Origin: Octopus vulgaris
Lineage: Eukaryota
DNA: 64,000 bases
Direction: 5' to 3'
Assembly (NCBI GenBank): GCA_951406725.2
Contig: OX597834.1
Location: 21,576,001 to 21,640,000, forward strand
Within the stretch, counting starts at the first letter, position 1. Every line of letters starts with the position of its first letter. Below, piece by piece: positions 39,076 to 53,722 of this stretch. The position numbers and the translations under genes were made by a program. The notes beneath the pieces were generated by a model, which worked only from the letters and a program-made list of their open reading frames with translations, did not search any database and was not told where the DNA came from.

Positions 39076-40032
39076 TGTGATGATGATAATCATGATTATC
39101 TGTTTTCCATGCTGGCATGGGTTGGACAGATTGACAGGAGCTGGCCAGCCAGAGAGCTGCACTTATATCTGTTGTGTATGTTAGTGTATATGAGTGGTGA
39201 TGGATATACTGGGCTTCATGTATTCATACCCCAGTGTCACTTTGATGGAATGTGCTTCTCTCTCACTCACTAATAACATTACTGGAATATTACTTTCAGG
39301 TAAAGTAAGCAAATAGCAATGAATGTGATTTTATTTGTTTTAGGGAATTTTTTTTATATATTTTTTTTTATTTTTGTGGTTTTTCTTTGCTTTCTTTCTT
39401 TTGTTGTCTTTTCTTTTTATTTTTTTTGGTTGTGATTGTAAAAACACTGCAAGTCAAGATGTAAAATATTTTTCATATCTTTCGGATAAAACCAAAGTTT
39501 GTTGACAAGTGGGGGTGGAAACCAAAAAGCGAATCAAAAAAATCCCAGAAAACCCAGAATACAAAAGATAACATAATGATGAAATATATAAGAAAAAAAA
39601 AACAAAAACAACAAAGAGGGAAAAGAAGAAAGAAATTATGAAATTACTAGAAAGCAAAAAAAAAAAATTAACGTAATTCTAGAAAAAAATGAATGAATAT
39701 ATATCAAGGGTAAGGGGAAAGTGTGGGGTGGGGTTACTTTAGAAAATTTGTTTATTTAGGGAAAAATACAGCACTAGAACAGCTAGCTAAATGTTAACTG
39801 GACAAGGTCTAGTTTACTAATGGTAGTAGTAGTGGAAGCGGTGGCAGCAATGGTGATGGTTGTAGTAGTGGTGTTAGTGGTGGTGGTGTTGTTAATGATG
39901 GTGGCAGTGGTAGTGGTGGTACGAGTTGTATGTTAATGTCATGAGCCAAATACTCTAACCATGAAGCCAGGTGCCTCCACAAGAGAGCAAATAGCAGATA
40001 GGAAAAGAAAAAGATGACAAAGTGTGTTGAGG

Positions 40033-40603
40033 TGCAGGCATGGCTGTGTGGTAAGAAGCTTGCTTTCCAAGCCTATGGTTCCTGGTTCAGTCCCACTCTG
40101 TGGAACTTTGGAAAGTGTCTTCTGCTGTAGTTTCAGGCCAACCAAAGCCTAGTGAATGGCTTTGGTAAACAGAAACTGAAAGAAGGCTGTGTGGTAAGTA
40201 GCTTGCTTACCAACCACATGGTTCCGGGTTCAGTCCCACTGCGTGGCATGTTGGGCAAGTGTTTTCTACTATAGCCTCAGGCTGACCAATGCCTTGTGAG
40301 TGGATTTGGTAGACGGAAACTGAAAGAAGCCCGTCGTATATATGTATATATGTATATGTATGTGTGTGTGTGTGTGTATGTTTGCGTGTCTGTGTTTGTC
40401 CCCCTAGCATTGCTTGACAACCGATGCTGGTATGTTTACGTCGCTGTCACTTAGCGGTTCGGCAAAAGAGACCGATAGAATAAGTACTGGGCTTACAAAG
40501 AATAAGTCCTGGGGTCTATTTGCTCGACTAAAGGCAGTGCTCCAGCATGGCCACAGTCAAAATGACTGAAACAAGTAAAAGAGTTAAAGAGAGAGTAAAA
40601 GAG
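40033..40603 (+). mobile_element. SINE B with duplicated 5' head
   Basis: Head at about 40033-40185 followed by a second GGCTGTGTGGTAAG head and a full body. Confidence 0.85.
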
Positions 40604-41229
40604 TATATATATGTGTGTGTGTGTGTGTGTGTATCTCTATGTGTGTGTGTCTTTTGTACCCATGTTTTCTTGCACTACCACCTGACAACCATTACTGGTT
40701 TGTTTACATACCTGTAACTTAGCAGTCCTGCAAAAGAGACCAAGCTTTGTTTTTAAAAAACAAAAAAAGCACTAGTATCAATCAATTCGACTAAAAATTC
40801 TTCAGTGCATTGCTCCAACATGACCGCAGTTTAATGACTGAAACAAGTAGAAGGGAAAAGAAGAAAAAAAATCAATGAGTTTACCATTATTTGAAGAAAA
40901 CTCGAAATTATTCCTAATTTAAAAGAAATAATTTCAGCGTAGGAAATTGAAATTAATGTGAAAAATCTTATAGAGCAGGAATTAATCCATAATTCTGTTT
41001 TTGAGTGTACTTCCGCAGAGGTGAGAGGGGAGAAGAATAAAAGAAAGGAGATTCTTTTGTTGGTGGCGCCTTATCTTTTTGACAAGTCTTCATATTTCAA
41101 ATTGAACGTTTGACAGACTCAATCCTACTCTCGGTAACAAGTCTAGACGATAATAAATGATGTAACAAATTTTGTTTCCAGAATTTTTTTGTTGGTCGAC
41201 AAGAATCTCTTGTTGTATTAGTTTGCCAT

Positions 41230-41265
<36 letters not shown>

Positions 41266-41522
41266 CAGCAGCAGTAGTACCGATGCCAGTGCCGGCGGCG
41301 GCAATCAATTAAATGAACATAATTCTTCCTTACTGGAACAATGTTTGGTCTCTGCTGCCAGAGGACAATTACTAGTATTGATTAATAATAATATTTGTGT
41401 GTGAGCATGTGTATGTGTGCGTGTGTGTGTGTGCATTTGTGTGTGTGTGTATGTGTGTGTGTACAAAGAGAGAGAGAGAGAGGGAGAGATAAATAGATAC
41501 CATTACTATCGTTTTAACATCT

Positions 41523-41750
41523 GTGGAGGTGCGTGGCTCAATGGTTAGAGTGCTGGACTCGTGATCATAAGATTGAGGTTTCAATTCCTGGACCAGAAGA
41601 TACATTGTGTTCTTAAGCAAAACCCTTCATTTCACATTACTCCAGTCCCCTCAGCTGGCAACAGTGACTAACCCTGCGATGGACTCACATCCCATCCTTG
41701 GGAACAGGGAAACTAGCTTTTATGAGTCGACATGACTCAAAGACGTGACT
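41523..41750 (+). mobile_element. SINE D copy
   Basis: GTGGCTCAATGGTTAGAG A-box-like and GGTTTCAATTCC B-box-like motifs, TTGTGTTCTTAAGCAA. Confidence 0.75.
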
Positions 41751-41959
41751 TTACCTTTTTCATAATTTAACATCTACTTTTCCATGCCTGCATGGGTCAG
41801 ACAGAATTTGCTGAAGCAGATTTTCTACAGCTAAATGCCCTTTCTGTCACCAACCTTCACCTGTTCCCAAGGGAGGTAATTAAATATCTTCTCTTAGCCA
41901 GTCATGTTTCCATGGCAAATTGGAAATGAAGGCCACTGCTCACATGACTGTGATCCTTG

Positions 41960-42478
41960 CTTATTTTATCAACCCCCAGAGGAATGAAAGGTGAAGTGGG
42001 CCTTGGCTATCATAAAAATAAAAAGGGTTTCAAATGGTGGCACAGGACTAACAGTTTTAAGGGGAAGATCTTCGTTAATGCCATCAGCCCAGGTCACTGA
42101 CTGTTACTTTGTTTTATCAACTCCTAAAGGATGAAGGGCAAAGCTGACCTCAGCAGGATTTGAAACCAAAACATAAAGAGCCAGAAGACGTACTACAAAG
42201 AATTTTTTTTTCTGACACTCTAACAATTCTGCTATCTCACCACCTAATAATAATAATAATAATGGTTTTAAATTTTGCCACAAGGGCAGCAATTTGGGGA
42301 AGGGGATGAGTCGATTACCTCGACCCCGGTTTGTAACTGGTGCTTAATTTTATCAACCCTGAAAGGATGAAAGGCAAAGTCGACCTTGCCAGGATTTGAA
42401 CTCAGAATGTAGCAACAGGCAAAACACCACTAAGCATTTCGTCCAGCATGCTTACAATTCTACCAGCTTGCCATCTTA
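41960..42478 (-). mobile_element. Tandem SINE A copies
   Basis: Three GATGAAAGG-type blocks on the minus strand. Confidence 0.8.
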
Positions 42479-43914
42479 ATAATAATGATAATAATAATAA
42501 TAATAACAATAATAATGATAACAACAGGTCTCAGAAGACCAGTAACAATGGAAGGGGGATGTAAAGAGACCTGGTAAAGAAATGCCAAGTTAATGCTTCT
42601 TTGAAATTCCTACCATTTATTTCATGATTCCATGATATAATTTTACCTGCTTCCCAATAATGGTATCAAATAAAGCTGTTCTTCAGAAGGTTTAAAAGCA
42701 AGAATTACTTACATGTCTAAGGAATGTTTTTCTTCCTTCTTTCCTTCCTTTCTCTCTTTCTTTCTTTCTCTCTTTTTTTCTTTCTTCTTTTTTCTTTCTT
42801 TTCTTTATTTTTTGGGTTTTTTTCTTTTCCGTAGCGTTTTGTGTTTCGTTTAGTTTCGTTCATGTGGCCAAGGATAAAGGTTGGATGGTCTATGGGAGGC
42901 GAGGAATGGTTAACAGTATTGTTGTTGTTGCTGCTGTTGTTGTAATTACTAAATTTATATCTATGTCAGAAAGTTAGTCGCTCCACCAACACAGCAATTA
43001 TCATCACCACCACCACCACCACCACAATTTTGCTCCTCCTTCTCCTCCACCTCCTCTTCCTTCTCCTCATACTACAACATGTACTACTTTGCTAATCTTC
43101 ATCTGGGTTGTTTTTCATTCCCCCAACTGCGCAATGCATCTATGCGTTCCATGGAAATTTTGGCAACACCACAAGCATCACCGTTTCCACAGCAACCACC
43201 ACCACCACCACCACTGTGATTAACTCTGCATTAACATCACCATCACCACAACCACTGCCAACTCCACCACCACCACCACAACCATCACCTCAACAGCCAC
43301 CAATCCCTGTGACCAACACCACTACTGCCAATACTATCACAGACACAAAAGACCATCACCACCTGCGCTCTAACCACTACTGTTGACACAGACATCACCA
43401 AATAACCACCACCACCACAACCACCACCACAACCACCACCACCACTTCTTTTGTTACAGACATGTTTGGCAGCCCTACCACCACCACCTTCTGCACCACC
43501 ACCACCACCTTCTGCACCACCACCACCTTTTGCACCATCACCACCTTCTGCACCATCACCACCTTCTGCACCACCCCCACCATAAATATTCCTACCAACA
43601 CAACCAACCCCCCTCCTGCCATGACTACCCTCCTCTAGTTTCTTCACCATAAAGAAAAAACCATTTCTAATTCCATCACTGCCACCACCACCACCACCAC
43701 CACCACCGCCGCTTTTACTCTTTGTCTTCTTCGCTTACCGTTTACCATTACTAACCTGGATATATATTGTTACACAATTCCAACTGCCAAATTGTACCAA
43801 TTTCCTCCGCCCGCACCCCTCCCCCCGCTTCTTCGCTGCCGTTTCTCCGTCCTTCTTTTCGTACTGTGTAATTTTCTAGAAACTTTGGCAAATCTTGATT
43901 CATGTTCTTCGTGT

Positions 43915-44085
43915 TACGTGCATCTGGGTGACTTTGTATGCGCATATCGATAAGCCTGTGTGTGTGTGTGTGTATGCGTGCATGTGTGTGTGTGTTTGTG
44001 TGTGTGTGTGCACATGTGTCTGTGTGTGTACATGTATGTGTTTCGTGCATCTGGGTGACTTTGTATGCACATATCTATAAGCCTC

Positions 44086-44123
<38 letters not shown>

Positions 44124-45030
44124 CGCATATGTGTGTGTGTGTGTGTGTATGTGTTATGTGCATCTGGGGGACTTTGTATGTGCATATCTATGAGCCTCTA
44201 TGTGTGTGTGTACATGTTTGTGTATGTATGTGTATGCATGTGTCTGTGTTGTGTGCATGTGTATCTGTGTGTGTGCATGTGCGTGTGTGTCTGTGTGCGT
44301 GTGTGTATGTGTGTGTCTGTGAGTGTGTTTGTGTGTATGTGTGTGCCTGTGTGTTTTTGTGTGTATGTGTGTGTGTCTGTACGTGTGTGCTTTTTCATTT
44401 GTGTATAATATCATGCATGAATATCTATGTATATGTGAGTGTGTGTATGTGTGTGTGTATGTACATTTGCGTATGCATGATGTGAATGTTTTCATGTTTG
44501 TGTGCGCTTGTGTGCATGTCTCCATATTCTCTTCATGCGTATGTGTCTCCATAAATGGCTTCCTCTGTGTATGTGTGTTTGTGTGCTTGTGTGTGTGTCT
44601 GTGTGTATGCATGTGTGTTGATGTGCACATATGTGTGTGTGTGCTTGTGTGTGTCTGTGTGTATGCATGTGTGTTGATGTGCACATGTGTATGTGTGTGT
44701 GTGTGTGTGTTGTGTGTGTGTCTGTGTGTATGCATGTGTATTGATGTGTATATGTGTATGTGTGTGTGTGCGTATGTGTGTGCTTGTGTGTGTGTCTGTG
44801 TGTATGCATGTGTGTTGATGTGCACATGTGTATGTGTGTGTGTGTGTGTGTGCTTGTGTGTGTGTCTGTGTGTATCCATGTGTGTTGATGTGCACATGTG
44901 TATGTGTGTGTGTGTGCTTGTGTGTGTGTCTGTGTGTATGCATGTGTGTTGATGTGCACATGTGTATGTGTGTGTGTGTGTGTGTGTGTGTCTGTGTGTA
45001 TGCATGTGTATTGGTGTGCGCATGTGTGTG
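43915..45030. repeat. TG-rich minisatellites
   Basis: GTGCATCTGGG.GACTTTGTATG three times, then ~60-bp TCTGTGTGTATGCATGTGTGTTGATGTGCACAT units. Confidence 0.85.
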
Positions 45031-47430
45031 GAGCGTTGGTCTTCACAAATGCGTGTGTATGTGTATGTTCCTATGTGAATGTGTGTTCATATATGCATGC
45101 GTATACACGTAGATACATACAAACATACATGCATGCTTGTTCTCTAAGAACCTATGTATACGATGAACAATGAACGTTCTTCGGGGAAATAATTGCATTC
45201 CCGATTCCATCCGATCCGGTCTGGCACACATTTGCCAAAACAAATATATAATAAATAAGCAAATAAAATAAAATAAAATAAAATAAAATAAAATAAAACA
45301 TGCACAACAAAAAGAAAAGAAAATGGTAAAAATGGAAAAAGAATGAACTTGACCAGAACAGCAGACTCTCCGGTTGCCATAACGATTCCACATCTATTAG
45401 GGTATAATCACACATAAAAAGAAAACAAAATATAAATGAAATAATATAAAACAATTTCCAAACTCTCTGACCCTAACACATCATTGCTGGACCCTAAACA
45501 TATACTTTGAATATCTTAAAGTAATTTTATCCCTAGTAACAATATTGACCCCTATTTTAATTCTATTAATGTTATTATACCTTAGCAGAAAGAAGAAGAA
45601 GAATAAAAGGCAGACATGGATATAGCAAATCTCTCTCTCTCCCTCTCCTTTTCTCTCTTACTCTCCTTTTCTCTCTTACTTTCTCTCTCCTTCTCCTTTT
45701 TTCTCTTACTCTCTCTCTCGCCCTCTTTTTATCTATCTATCTATCTATCTTTCTTTCTCTCTCTTTACATTATTCATCTTTTTAAAGAAGGAAAGAAAGA
45801 GTAAAGGTACATATTTGATTTGTTTGGTCCCAGAACAACTTTGATTCAAGAAGCCCATGATCCATCCGTGACCGTCACAGCTTTATTTTATTTTATTTTA
45901 CAGTATAGGTGCAGGTATTGGTTATGTGGTCAAGTAAGAATTAAGTTGATACACAGCTTCCAGCAAAATATCCCATCAAAATATCATTTTAATTTACATT
46001 CAAAACACCACTTCAATTATGGTTTCAAATTTTCGCACAAGGCCAGTGACTTTTGAGGGGAAGAGGAAGTTGATTACATCAACCCCAGTACATAACTGGG
46101 ACATACTTTATTGACCCCACAAGGATAAAAGACTGAGTCGACCTCAACAGACCTTGAACTCAGAACATACACATGGATGAAATGCCATGAAGCTTTTAGC
46201 TTGGCATGCTAAGTTTTTTTGCCAGCTCATCACCTTAAACACTACTTTAATAATGACAAAGTAATTTTATCCTAAACACAACCTAATTTCCAACAGAAAT
46301 AAGGAAATAAAAGGGTTAACTATTTATTAAGAAAAACAAAAAAAAACATCACTAAACCAGCTTCATCAATATTTTCCTCCTCCACCTTATCTTATTTTTC
46401 TTCTCTTCCTCCAACCCCTTTTCCTTTCTCTCCCTCTTCACCATCATTCCAATTCGTATTCTTCCCTTAGGTACCTACATAACAACAGTGTGTTAAGGAA
46501 TTTCCGAAGACTATCTTTTACACTTCACTTGATTAACTAAAGAATTATCTATTCCCCAGGTGTTTGCGTCTTCTAAAGATACTTTATCAAATTCGATTAG
46601 TCGAGATTTATTTACCCTAATTAAATATTTTGAAACCAGTAGCTTTTGTCGATTTTTACTTTTCTTGGGAAATGGAAGGGTTTTAGTTTGATTCTCGTGA
46701 AAGATTAAAATTATTAATATTTTTTTTTACATCTTTTTTTGCAACACATAAAATTATATTTTATTGTATGTGAAGTAGATTTTGTAGTGTGTGTGTGTAA
46801 ACTTGTAGTAATAATTTCCTGAAAAATCCTCCTGATCAACTAATCAAAATTCTCCTTACCATTATTCCAGAAAAATAGAATCATACTTGAAGAAAAATTA
46901 TTAAATGAAATAGTGTGGCTGTGTGGTAGGAAGTTTGCTTCCCAACCACATGGTTCTAGGTTCAGTCCCACTGCATCGCACCTTGTGGGTGGATTTGGTA
47001 GATGGAAACTGAAAGAAGCTTGCCATTTGTGTGTGTGTGTGTCCGTAACTTAGCAGTTCAGCAAAAAAGGCCGATAGAATAAGAACTAGGCATACAAAGA
47101 ATAAGCTCAAATACATGGCCTCCGCATCAGACTGTGGTTGTGTAGAGGGAAACATGCTGAGGACTTTGTCCTACTGTGGATTGAACAGGAGCAAGCCAAT
47201 CCTGTGTGTGTGTGTGTACATATAAATGTATATACGCATGCATACACAAGCACCCAGTATATTCTGTAAAGTGGTTGGCATTAGGAAGGGTTCCCAGCCA
47301 TAGAAACCATGCCAAAGCAGACAGTACAGCTTGGTGCACTCCTCTGACCCATTGAATCCTGTCAACTCTTCAAACCCATGCCAGCATAGAAACTGGACGT
47401 TAAACAACGACGACAATGAGATGATGATGC

Positions 47431-47464
<34 letters not shown>

Positions 47465-47967
47465 ATGATATAAATGATCAATAACAGATGGAGGAAGAAG
47501 AGCAAAACGAAACAAGTACAAATAATTAATTAATATTTTTTTGTAACGACACTAACGAACGAGCAGTTCGAAAGCACCAAAGAAAAATCTTAGCACCGTT
47601 CCAGTTAAGTACATCTTGGAAATAAACATCCGCAAGGTACCAGAGCGATTATGGTAGATGATAATAATAGATTAAAAGACAAAATAAAAAAAATACGTAA
47701 ATAACAAAAATAAGAAGATGCTTTCCTTTCTTCTCTTCATCTGATACAATGAAGGATATACTTTTCATATAAATGACATTCATAAATGAATATGAGATTA
47801 TGTGTGCGTGTGTGTGGTTGGGGTGGTGGTGGTGTTTGGGGGGGGGGTGTTTTTCACACTTTTCAATGCATACTTTCATATCGAATTTTTATTTATCATA
47901 ATAATGAATTGCATATGACTCATATGTAATCAAGAAGTGCAACCTTAATTCATTGATATCTCGAGAT

Positions 47968-47969
<2 letters not shown>

Positions 47970-48016
<47 letters not shown>

Positions 48017-48042
48017 TACAGATATATGTATATATGTATATA

Positions 48043-48082
<40 letters not shown>

Positions 48083-48104
48083 TGTATGTATGTATGTATG
48101 TATA

Positions 48105-48178
<74 letters not shown>

Positions 48179-48290
48179 CATACATATATATATGTATATA
48201 TATATGTATGTATATATGTATGTATATATATATGTATGTATGTATGTATGTATATATATGTATGTATATATGTATGTATATATATGTATA

Positions 48291-48361
<71 letters not shown>

Positions 48362-48521
48362 GTACATATAGGATGTATATTCTACATATAATATATATAC
48401 ATACTTAAGAATACACAATCGTGTATATATACATATGCACATTCACATACACATACATGTATATATGCCCTCCTACATGTGTATATGCATATGTATTTAT
48501 ACACACAGATATGTATATAAG

Positions 48522-48561
<40 letters not shown>

Positions 48562-48650
48562 TATATATATACACACATAAGTATATATGTGTGTCTGTGA
48601 GTGCATACATATATATATTTGTATTCACACAAACACACACACGCACATAA
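47970..48650. repeat. Long compound (TA)n microsatellite
   Basis: Directly visible. Confidence 0.95.
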
Positions 48651-49796
48651 ATATATGGTAAAACCAGTTAAATGTTCTTAAAAAAATAATAATTAAAAAA
48701 AAATCACAATAGATAATTTACCAATGTTGATTATATGGAAACGGTTATTATGTGAATAATCGTTATCAAGTGATGCAGTGTGGAAAACAGCAACTGATAG
48801 AAGCTCCAAGATTCCAAAACACAATACCAAATTCTATGTGATTCATCTAAATTCAAAATATTGATATTTTCCAAAGCTTTGATATCACACCAAATGGTAT
48901 TATGGTTTTATCTGGGATATTTTTCTGAAATTGCACTTGGATGTGTGTTTGTGCGTGTTTGTGTGTGTGTTGGTATGCATGTATTTGTGGGACTGTGAGC
49001 TTCGGTATGTAGGTGTATCAATATGTATTCATTTGAATATATAATGTGTGTATATAGATATGTATGTAAGTATCCATAAATGTCTATGCATACATATGTG
49101 TATGTGTGTGTGCGTGTCTATGCATATATACATATATATCTATGTAGATGTGTGTATATATATATATAGAGAGAGAGAGAGGAAAAGAGAGGGGGAGAAA
49201 TGAGATGTACATATATATGTGTGTATATGTACATATATATATATATATCTATATATATATATGTATGTATATATATATATACATGCATATATATATAGAG
49301 AGAGAGAGAGATATTATATGTATATTTACATACATATGTGTATATCTTGCACATTCATTTGTTATTCATAAAATAAACCCCAAAAATCATTATCCTTTCC
49401 CCTGGTGGGATCAGTCTAATGATTTCCATCGATCCTGTCAGTCAAGTGCACTTAATCCGAACGATATCACCCACCGCAGCCTCCGCCCTGTCTCCGCTTC
49501 TTCGAAACCCTTGTAAAAACTCCGCAACCCCCACCCAGCAGTCGACTGCACTCAACCCTTACTGCATAACTCCCACCCCACTACCGGCCCCTTTAAACAC
49601 CACCGTCGCCACTACCACCACCGCCAAAAGAAATAAAGCCAGTCTCTCCACACACGCCGTCTACCAATGCCATTACAACTCCCACCCCTTTGCAGAACCA
49701 ATTCTATTAAACAACTTGAAAGAGCCGACATCAAAAAACGTGTCACAGTCAGATTACTAGTACATACAGGATTGCCTGATGACTAACAACCACAAC

Positions 49797-49828
<32 letters not shown>

Positions 49829-50197
49829 TGTAGGCTTATATTTCTTCTCTCTCGTGCCGTTGAGCCGACTGGACTGGCCGACACAAGGACTTACCATAAC
49901 TTTTATTGATATTTAGCACGGATGATTTAATTTTTGTTCCCTTTTCCTTTGTTTTTAGGTTTTTAGTTTTTTTTTTATTTCCCATAAAGATGTGGGGGAT
50001 TTTATTGTCACTTTTTTTTATATATATGTGTTGTTGAAATTTTTTTTTATTAATTCTTGTTTTTTTTTTGCTTTTGTTGTTGCGTTTTACGTGGGTTGTT
50101 GATTTCCAGTTTTTGAAATAACAATTATGATAAATAAATCATAATAAATTATATTTTTATCATCTTTATTTTATTTAGTATTTTATTTATTTAATGA

Positions 50198-50535
50198 GTG
50201 AAGGCACATGGCTCAGTGGTTAGAGCGTCGAACTTACGACCGTGAGGTTGTGAGTTTGAATCCCGGACCGGGCTCCATGTTGTGTTCTTGAGCAAGACAC
50301 TTTATTTCATGTTGTTCCAGTTTACTCAGCTGTAGAAATGAGTTGCAGCATCACTGGTGCCAAGCTGTATCGGCCCCTTTGCCTTTCCCTTGGATAACAC
50401 TGGTGGCGTGAAGAGGTGAGGCCGGTATGCATGGGCGACTATTGATCTTCCATAAACAACCTTGCCCGGACTTGTGCCTCGGAGGGTAACTTTCTTGGTG
50501 CAATCCCATGGTCATTCATGACCGAAAGGGGTCTC
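50198..50535 (+). mobile_element. SINE D, near full length
   Basis: TGGCTCAGTGGTTAGAGCG (A box), GAGTTTGAATCCC (B box), TTGTGTTCTTGAGCAAGACACTT. Confidence 0.85.
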
Positions 50536-51328
50536 CAGTTTTCTATTATTATCATCATCATCAGACATTATTATTATTTCATTTATGCACAACTTATAGC
50601 ACAGGAGTGGCTGTGTGGTAAGTAGCTTGTTTACTAACCACATGGTTCCAGGTTCAGTCCCACTGCATGGCACCTTGGGCAAGTGTCTTCTACTATAGCC
50701 TCAGGCCGACCAAAGCCTTGTGAGTGGATTTGGTAGACGGAAACTGTCTATATATGCGTGTGTGTGTTTGTGTGTCTGTGTTTGTCCCCCTAGCATTGCT
50801 TGACAACCGATGCTGGTGTGTTTATGTCCCCGTTACTTAGCAGTTCGGGAAAAGAGACCGATAGAATAAGTACTGGGTTTATTGTTATTATTCAAGCTGG
50901 CAGAATCATTAACATATCAGGCAAAATGCAAAGTGGCATTTCCTCTGTCTTTACATTCTGGGTTCAAATTTCACCGAGGTTGACTTTCCCTTTCAGCCTT
51001 TCGGGATCAATAAATCAAGTACTGATCGAACACTGGAGCCAAAACAATCAACTATTCCCCTCCTCCGAAATTCCAGGCCTTGTGCCTATAGTAAAAAGGA
51101 TTATTATTATTATAATAAGGCAGCAAAATGGCAGAATCGTTAGTGCGCCAGACGAAATGCTTACCATTATTTTCATGTCTTCACGTTCTGAGTTCAAATT
51201 CTGCTGAGGTCACCTTTGCTTTTAATCCTTTCAGGGTTGATAAATTAAGTACCAGTTGCATACTGGGGTTGCTGCAATTGACTTACACCCTCCCCCAAAT
51301 TTCTGGCCTTGTCCCTATAATAGAAAGA

Positions 51329-51364
<36 letters not shown>

Positions 51365-51365
51365 G

Positions 51366-51772
51366 CCTTTGCACATCTCCTAACACTGGAGATATACTAC
51401 AGTATCAGCTGTTCACTACCAGTGAACTAACGTAGCACCTCTTATTTTTTGAGCACCTTCCAGAGTATTTGAATGGTTCCAAGCAGTGCTGTTTTCTGCA
51501 AGTGTTCCACCCTTATTGCAGCCCCTATTTGTTCCACATACTTCTCGAGATTTTTGCTCACTGTTCCCAGGGCTCCAACAATTATTGGTACTACTGCTAC
51601 CTTTTTTCATCGACCGCAACTGCTTAACTTCCCAAGCTAACCTGTCATATCTCTCGACTTTTCTTTCTTCCTTGTTGTCAACTGGGTATGCTATATCTAT
51701 GATCCAACATAGTTTGTTTTCTTTCTCAATTTAGGCTATGTCTAGCTTCCTATTCTCTATCTCATGGTCACA
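51366..51772 (-). pseudogene. Decayed R4/Dong-clade retrotransposon restriction-like endonuclease domain plus 3' UTR, in (TAA)n
   Basis: Minus 51772-51442 reads CDHEIENRKLDIA*IEKENKLCWIIDIAYPVDNKEERKVERYDRLAWEVKQLRSMKK, frameshift, VAVVPIIVGALGTVSKNLEKYVEQIGAAIRVEHLQKTALLGTIQILWKVLKK*; matches the RKPD..IIDI..P..K..KY RLE motifs. Confidence 0.88.
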
Positions 51773-51799
51773 TTATTATTATTATTGTTGTTATTATTA

Positions 51800-51830
<31 letters not shown>

Positions 51831-52359
51831 GATGATGTTTCATCTTCCTTGGTGCATATATAAACAAATTACTAACACCATTACCATCATTATACATTAT
51901 TTTAATATGGTATCCCACTCCTCAGTTGTTGCATTGATAAAGAAATTATTGTTGTTGTTGTTGTTGTTGATTACCAATGGATTTGTTTGTTTGCAAAGAC
52001 ACTGTCTCCATGAATATAATTACTCATCCCCCGCCCCCGTCCAACTCCATTCCCAACACCACCCACTCCACATCATCGCAGCACCGTCCATAGCGCCCAG
52101 CCTTGGCTGTTACCATCATCCCTAGAACTTCCACCACCACCACCACCACCATCACCACCATCACCACCACCGCCGCCGCCATCACTGGCGCCAATGTTAC
52201 TAGAAGCATCAAAACAAAAAAAAAAAAAAGAAATCACCACACCTAACTGCTTCTGATGCTCCCTCCACCGCCACCATCACATCTTCCAGTTCTATGACCA
52301 TCACTGTCAAAACCACCATCACTACTATTGGCACTAACAAAGAACATACAGAAGCATTG

Positions 52360-52775
52360 TTGCCATCATCATCACCATCATCATCATCATCATAATCCCC
52401 ACCCATCATCATCATCATCATCATCATCACTGTTATCATTATCCTTATCATCATCATCGTCATTGTCATAATCCCCATCATTTTCATCATCATCATCATC
52501 ATCACTTCGACCATTGTCATCAAAATCATCAATATTGCCATCTTCGTCATCTCCATCATCATCATCATCATAATCCTCACCCATCATCAACATCATCATC
52601 ATCGTCATTGTCATAATCCCCATCATCATTATCATCGTCATCATTATCATCATCATCATTATCATCATCATCACCATCACTTCGACTATTATCATCAAAA
52701 TCATCAATATTACCATCTTCGTCATCACCATCATCATCATCATCATCATCACTATCACCATGACTAACATCATCC
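52360..52775. repeat. (CAT)n-rich tract with ~180-bp internal duplication
   Basis: ATCACTTCGAC...CATCAAAATCATCAATATT occurs at about 52501 and 52676. Confidence 0.8.
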
Positions 52776-53513
52776 TAATAGTTATTATACCTCCATCATT
52801 ATCTTTGATTTAATACAGTTTTAATAACGATTTCTTCACCAAACTACCAATAATTGAAAGCCATTTCCATTCCACTTTACCAAAACTGTTCGTATTAAAA
52901 TGTCGTTTATATTTAAATCCAAATAAGGCAACGAGCTGGCAGAATCATTAATACACCAGGAAAAATGTTTAGTGACATTTCAGCCATTTTTATGTTCTGG
53001 GTTCAAATCCCACCGAGGTCAACTTTGCCTTTTGTCCTTTCAGGGTCGATGAAATAAGTTTCCAGTGAAATACTGGGGTTGAGGTAATTGACTTAGCCCT
53101 GCCCCAGAAATTGCTGGCTTTGTGCTAAAATTTGAAGCCAATACTTGAATTCAAATCTCGTGTCGAAATCTCACGATAACGTGAATGAAAACGAGATTTC
53201 AGTTGGTCGAAAACAAACCACAGACTGAACCTGGAAATATGGAATTGCTTCCCAACCTCATGGTTCTGGGTTCAGTCCCACTGATTGGCACCTTGGGCAA
53301 GTGTCTTCCGCTATAGCCTCAGGGCCTTGTGAGAGAATTTGGTAGATGGAAACAGAAAGAAGCCCATCTTGTGTGTGTGTGTGTGTACTATCTCCATGTG
53401 TACACACAAATTAATAAATGGAGGAGCTCCCATATTACAAATACATAATAAAATTATTAATAAACTCATTATAGAATTATAATTAATTATCCCTCCACAT
53501 AAAAATAATCTTC

Positions 53514-53675
53514 GCAGGAGTGGCTGTGTGGTAAGTAGCTTCTTTACCAACCACATGGTTCCGGGTTCAGTCCCACTGCGTGGCACCTTGGGCAAGTGTC
53601 TTCTACTATAGCCTCGGGCCGACCAAAGCCTTGTGAGTGAATTTGGTAGACGGAAACTGAAAGAAGCCCGTCGTA

Positions 53676-53722
<47 letters not shown>

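Noticed and set aside
41222-41375. Poly-Ser/Ala exon around (GCA)n
   Set aside because: The frame is open but splice signals are weak; the triplet repeat explains it.
50205-50275. tRNA gene
   Set aside because: A and B boxes are present, but the sequence runs straight into the SINE D body and the cloverleaf is imperfect.
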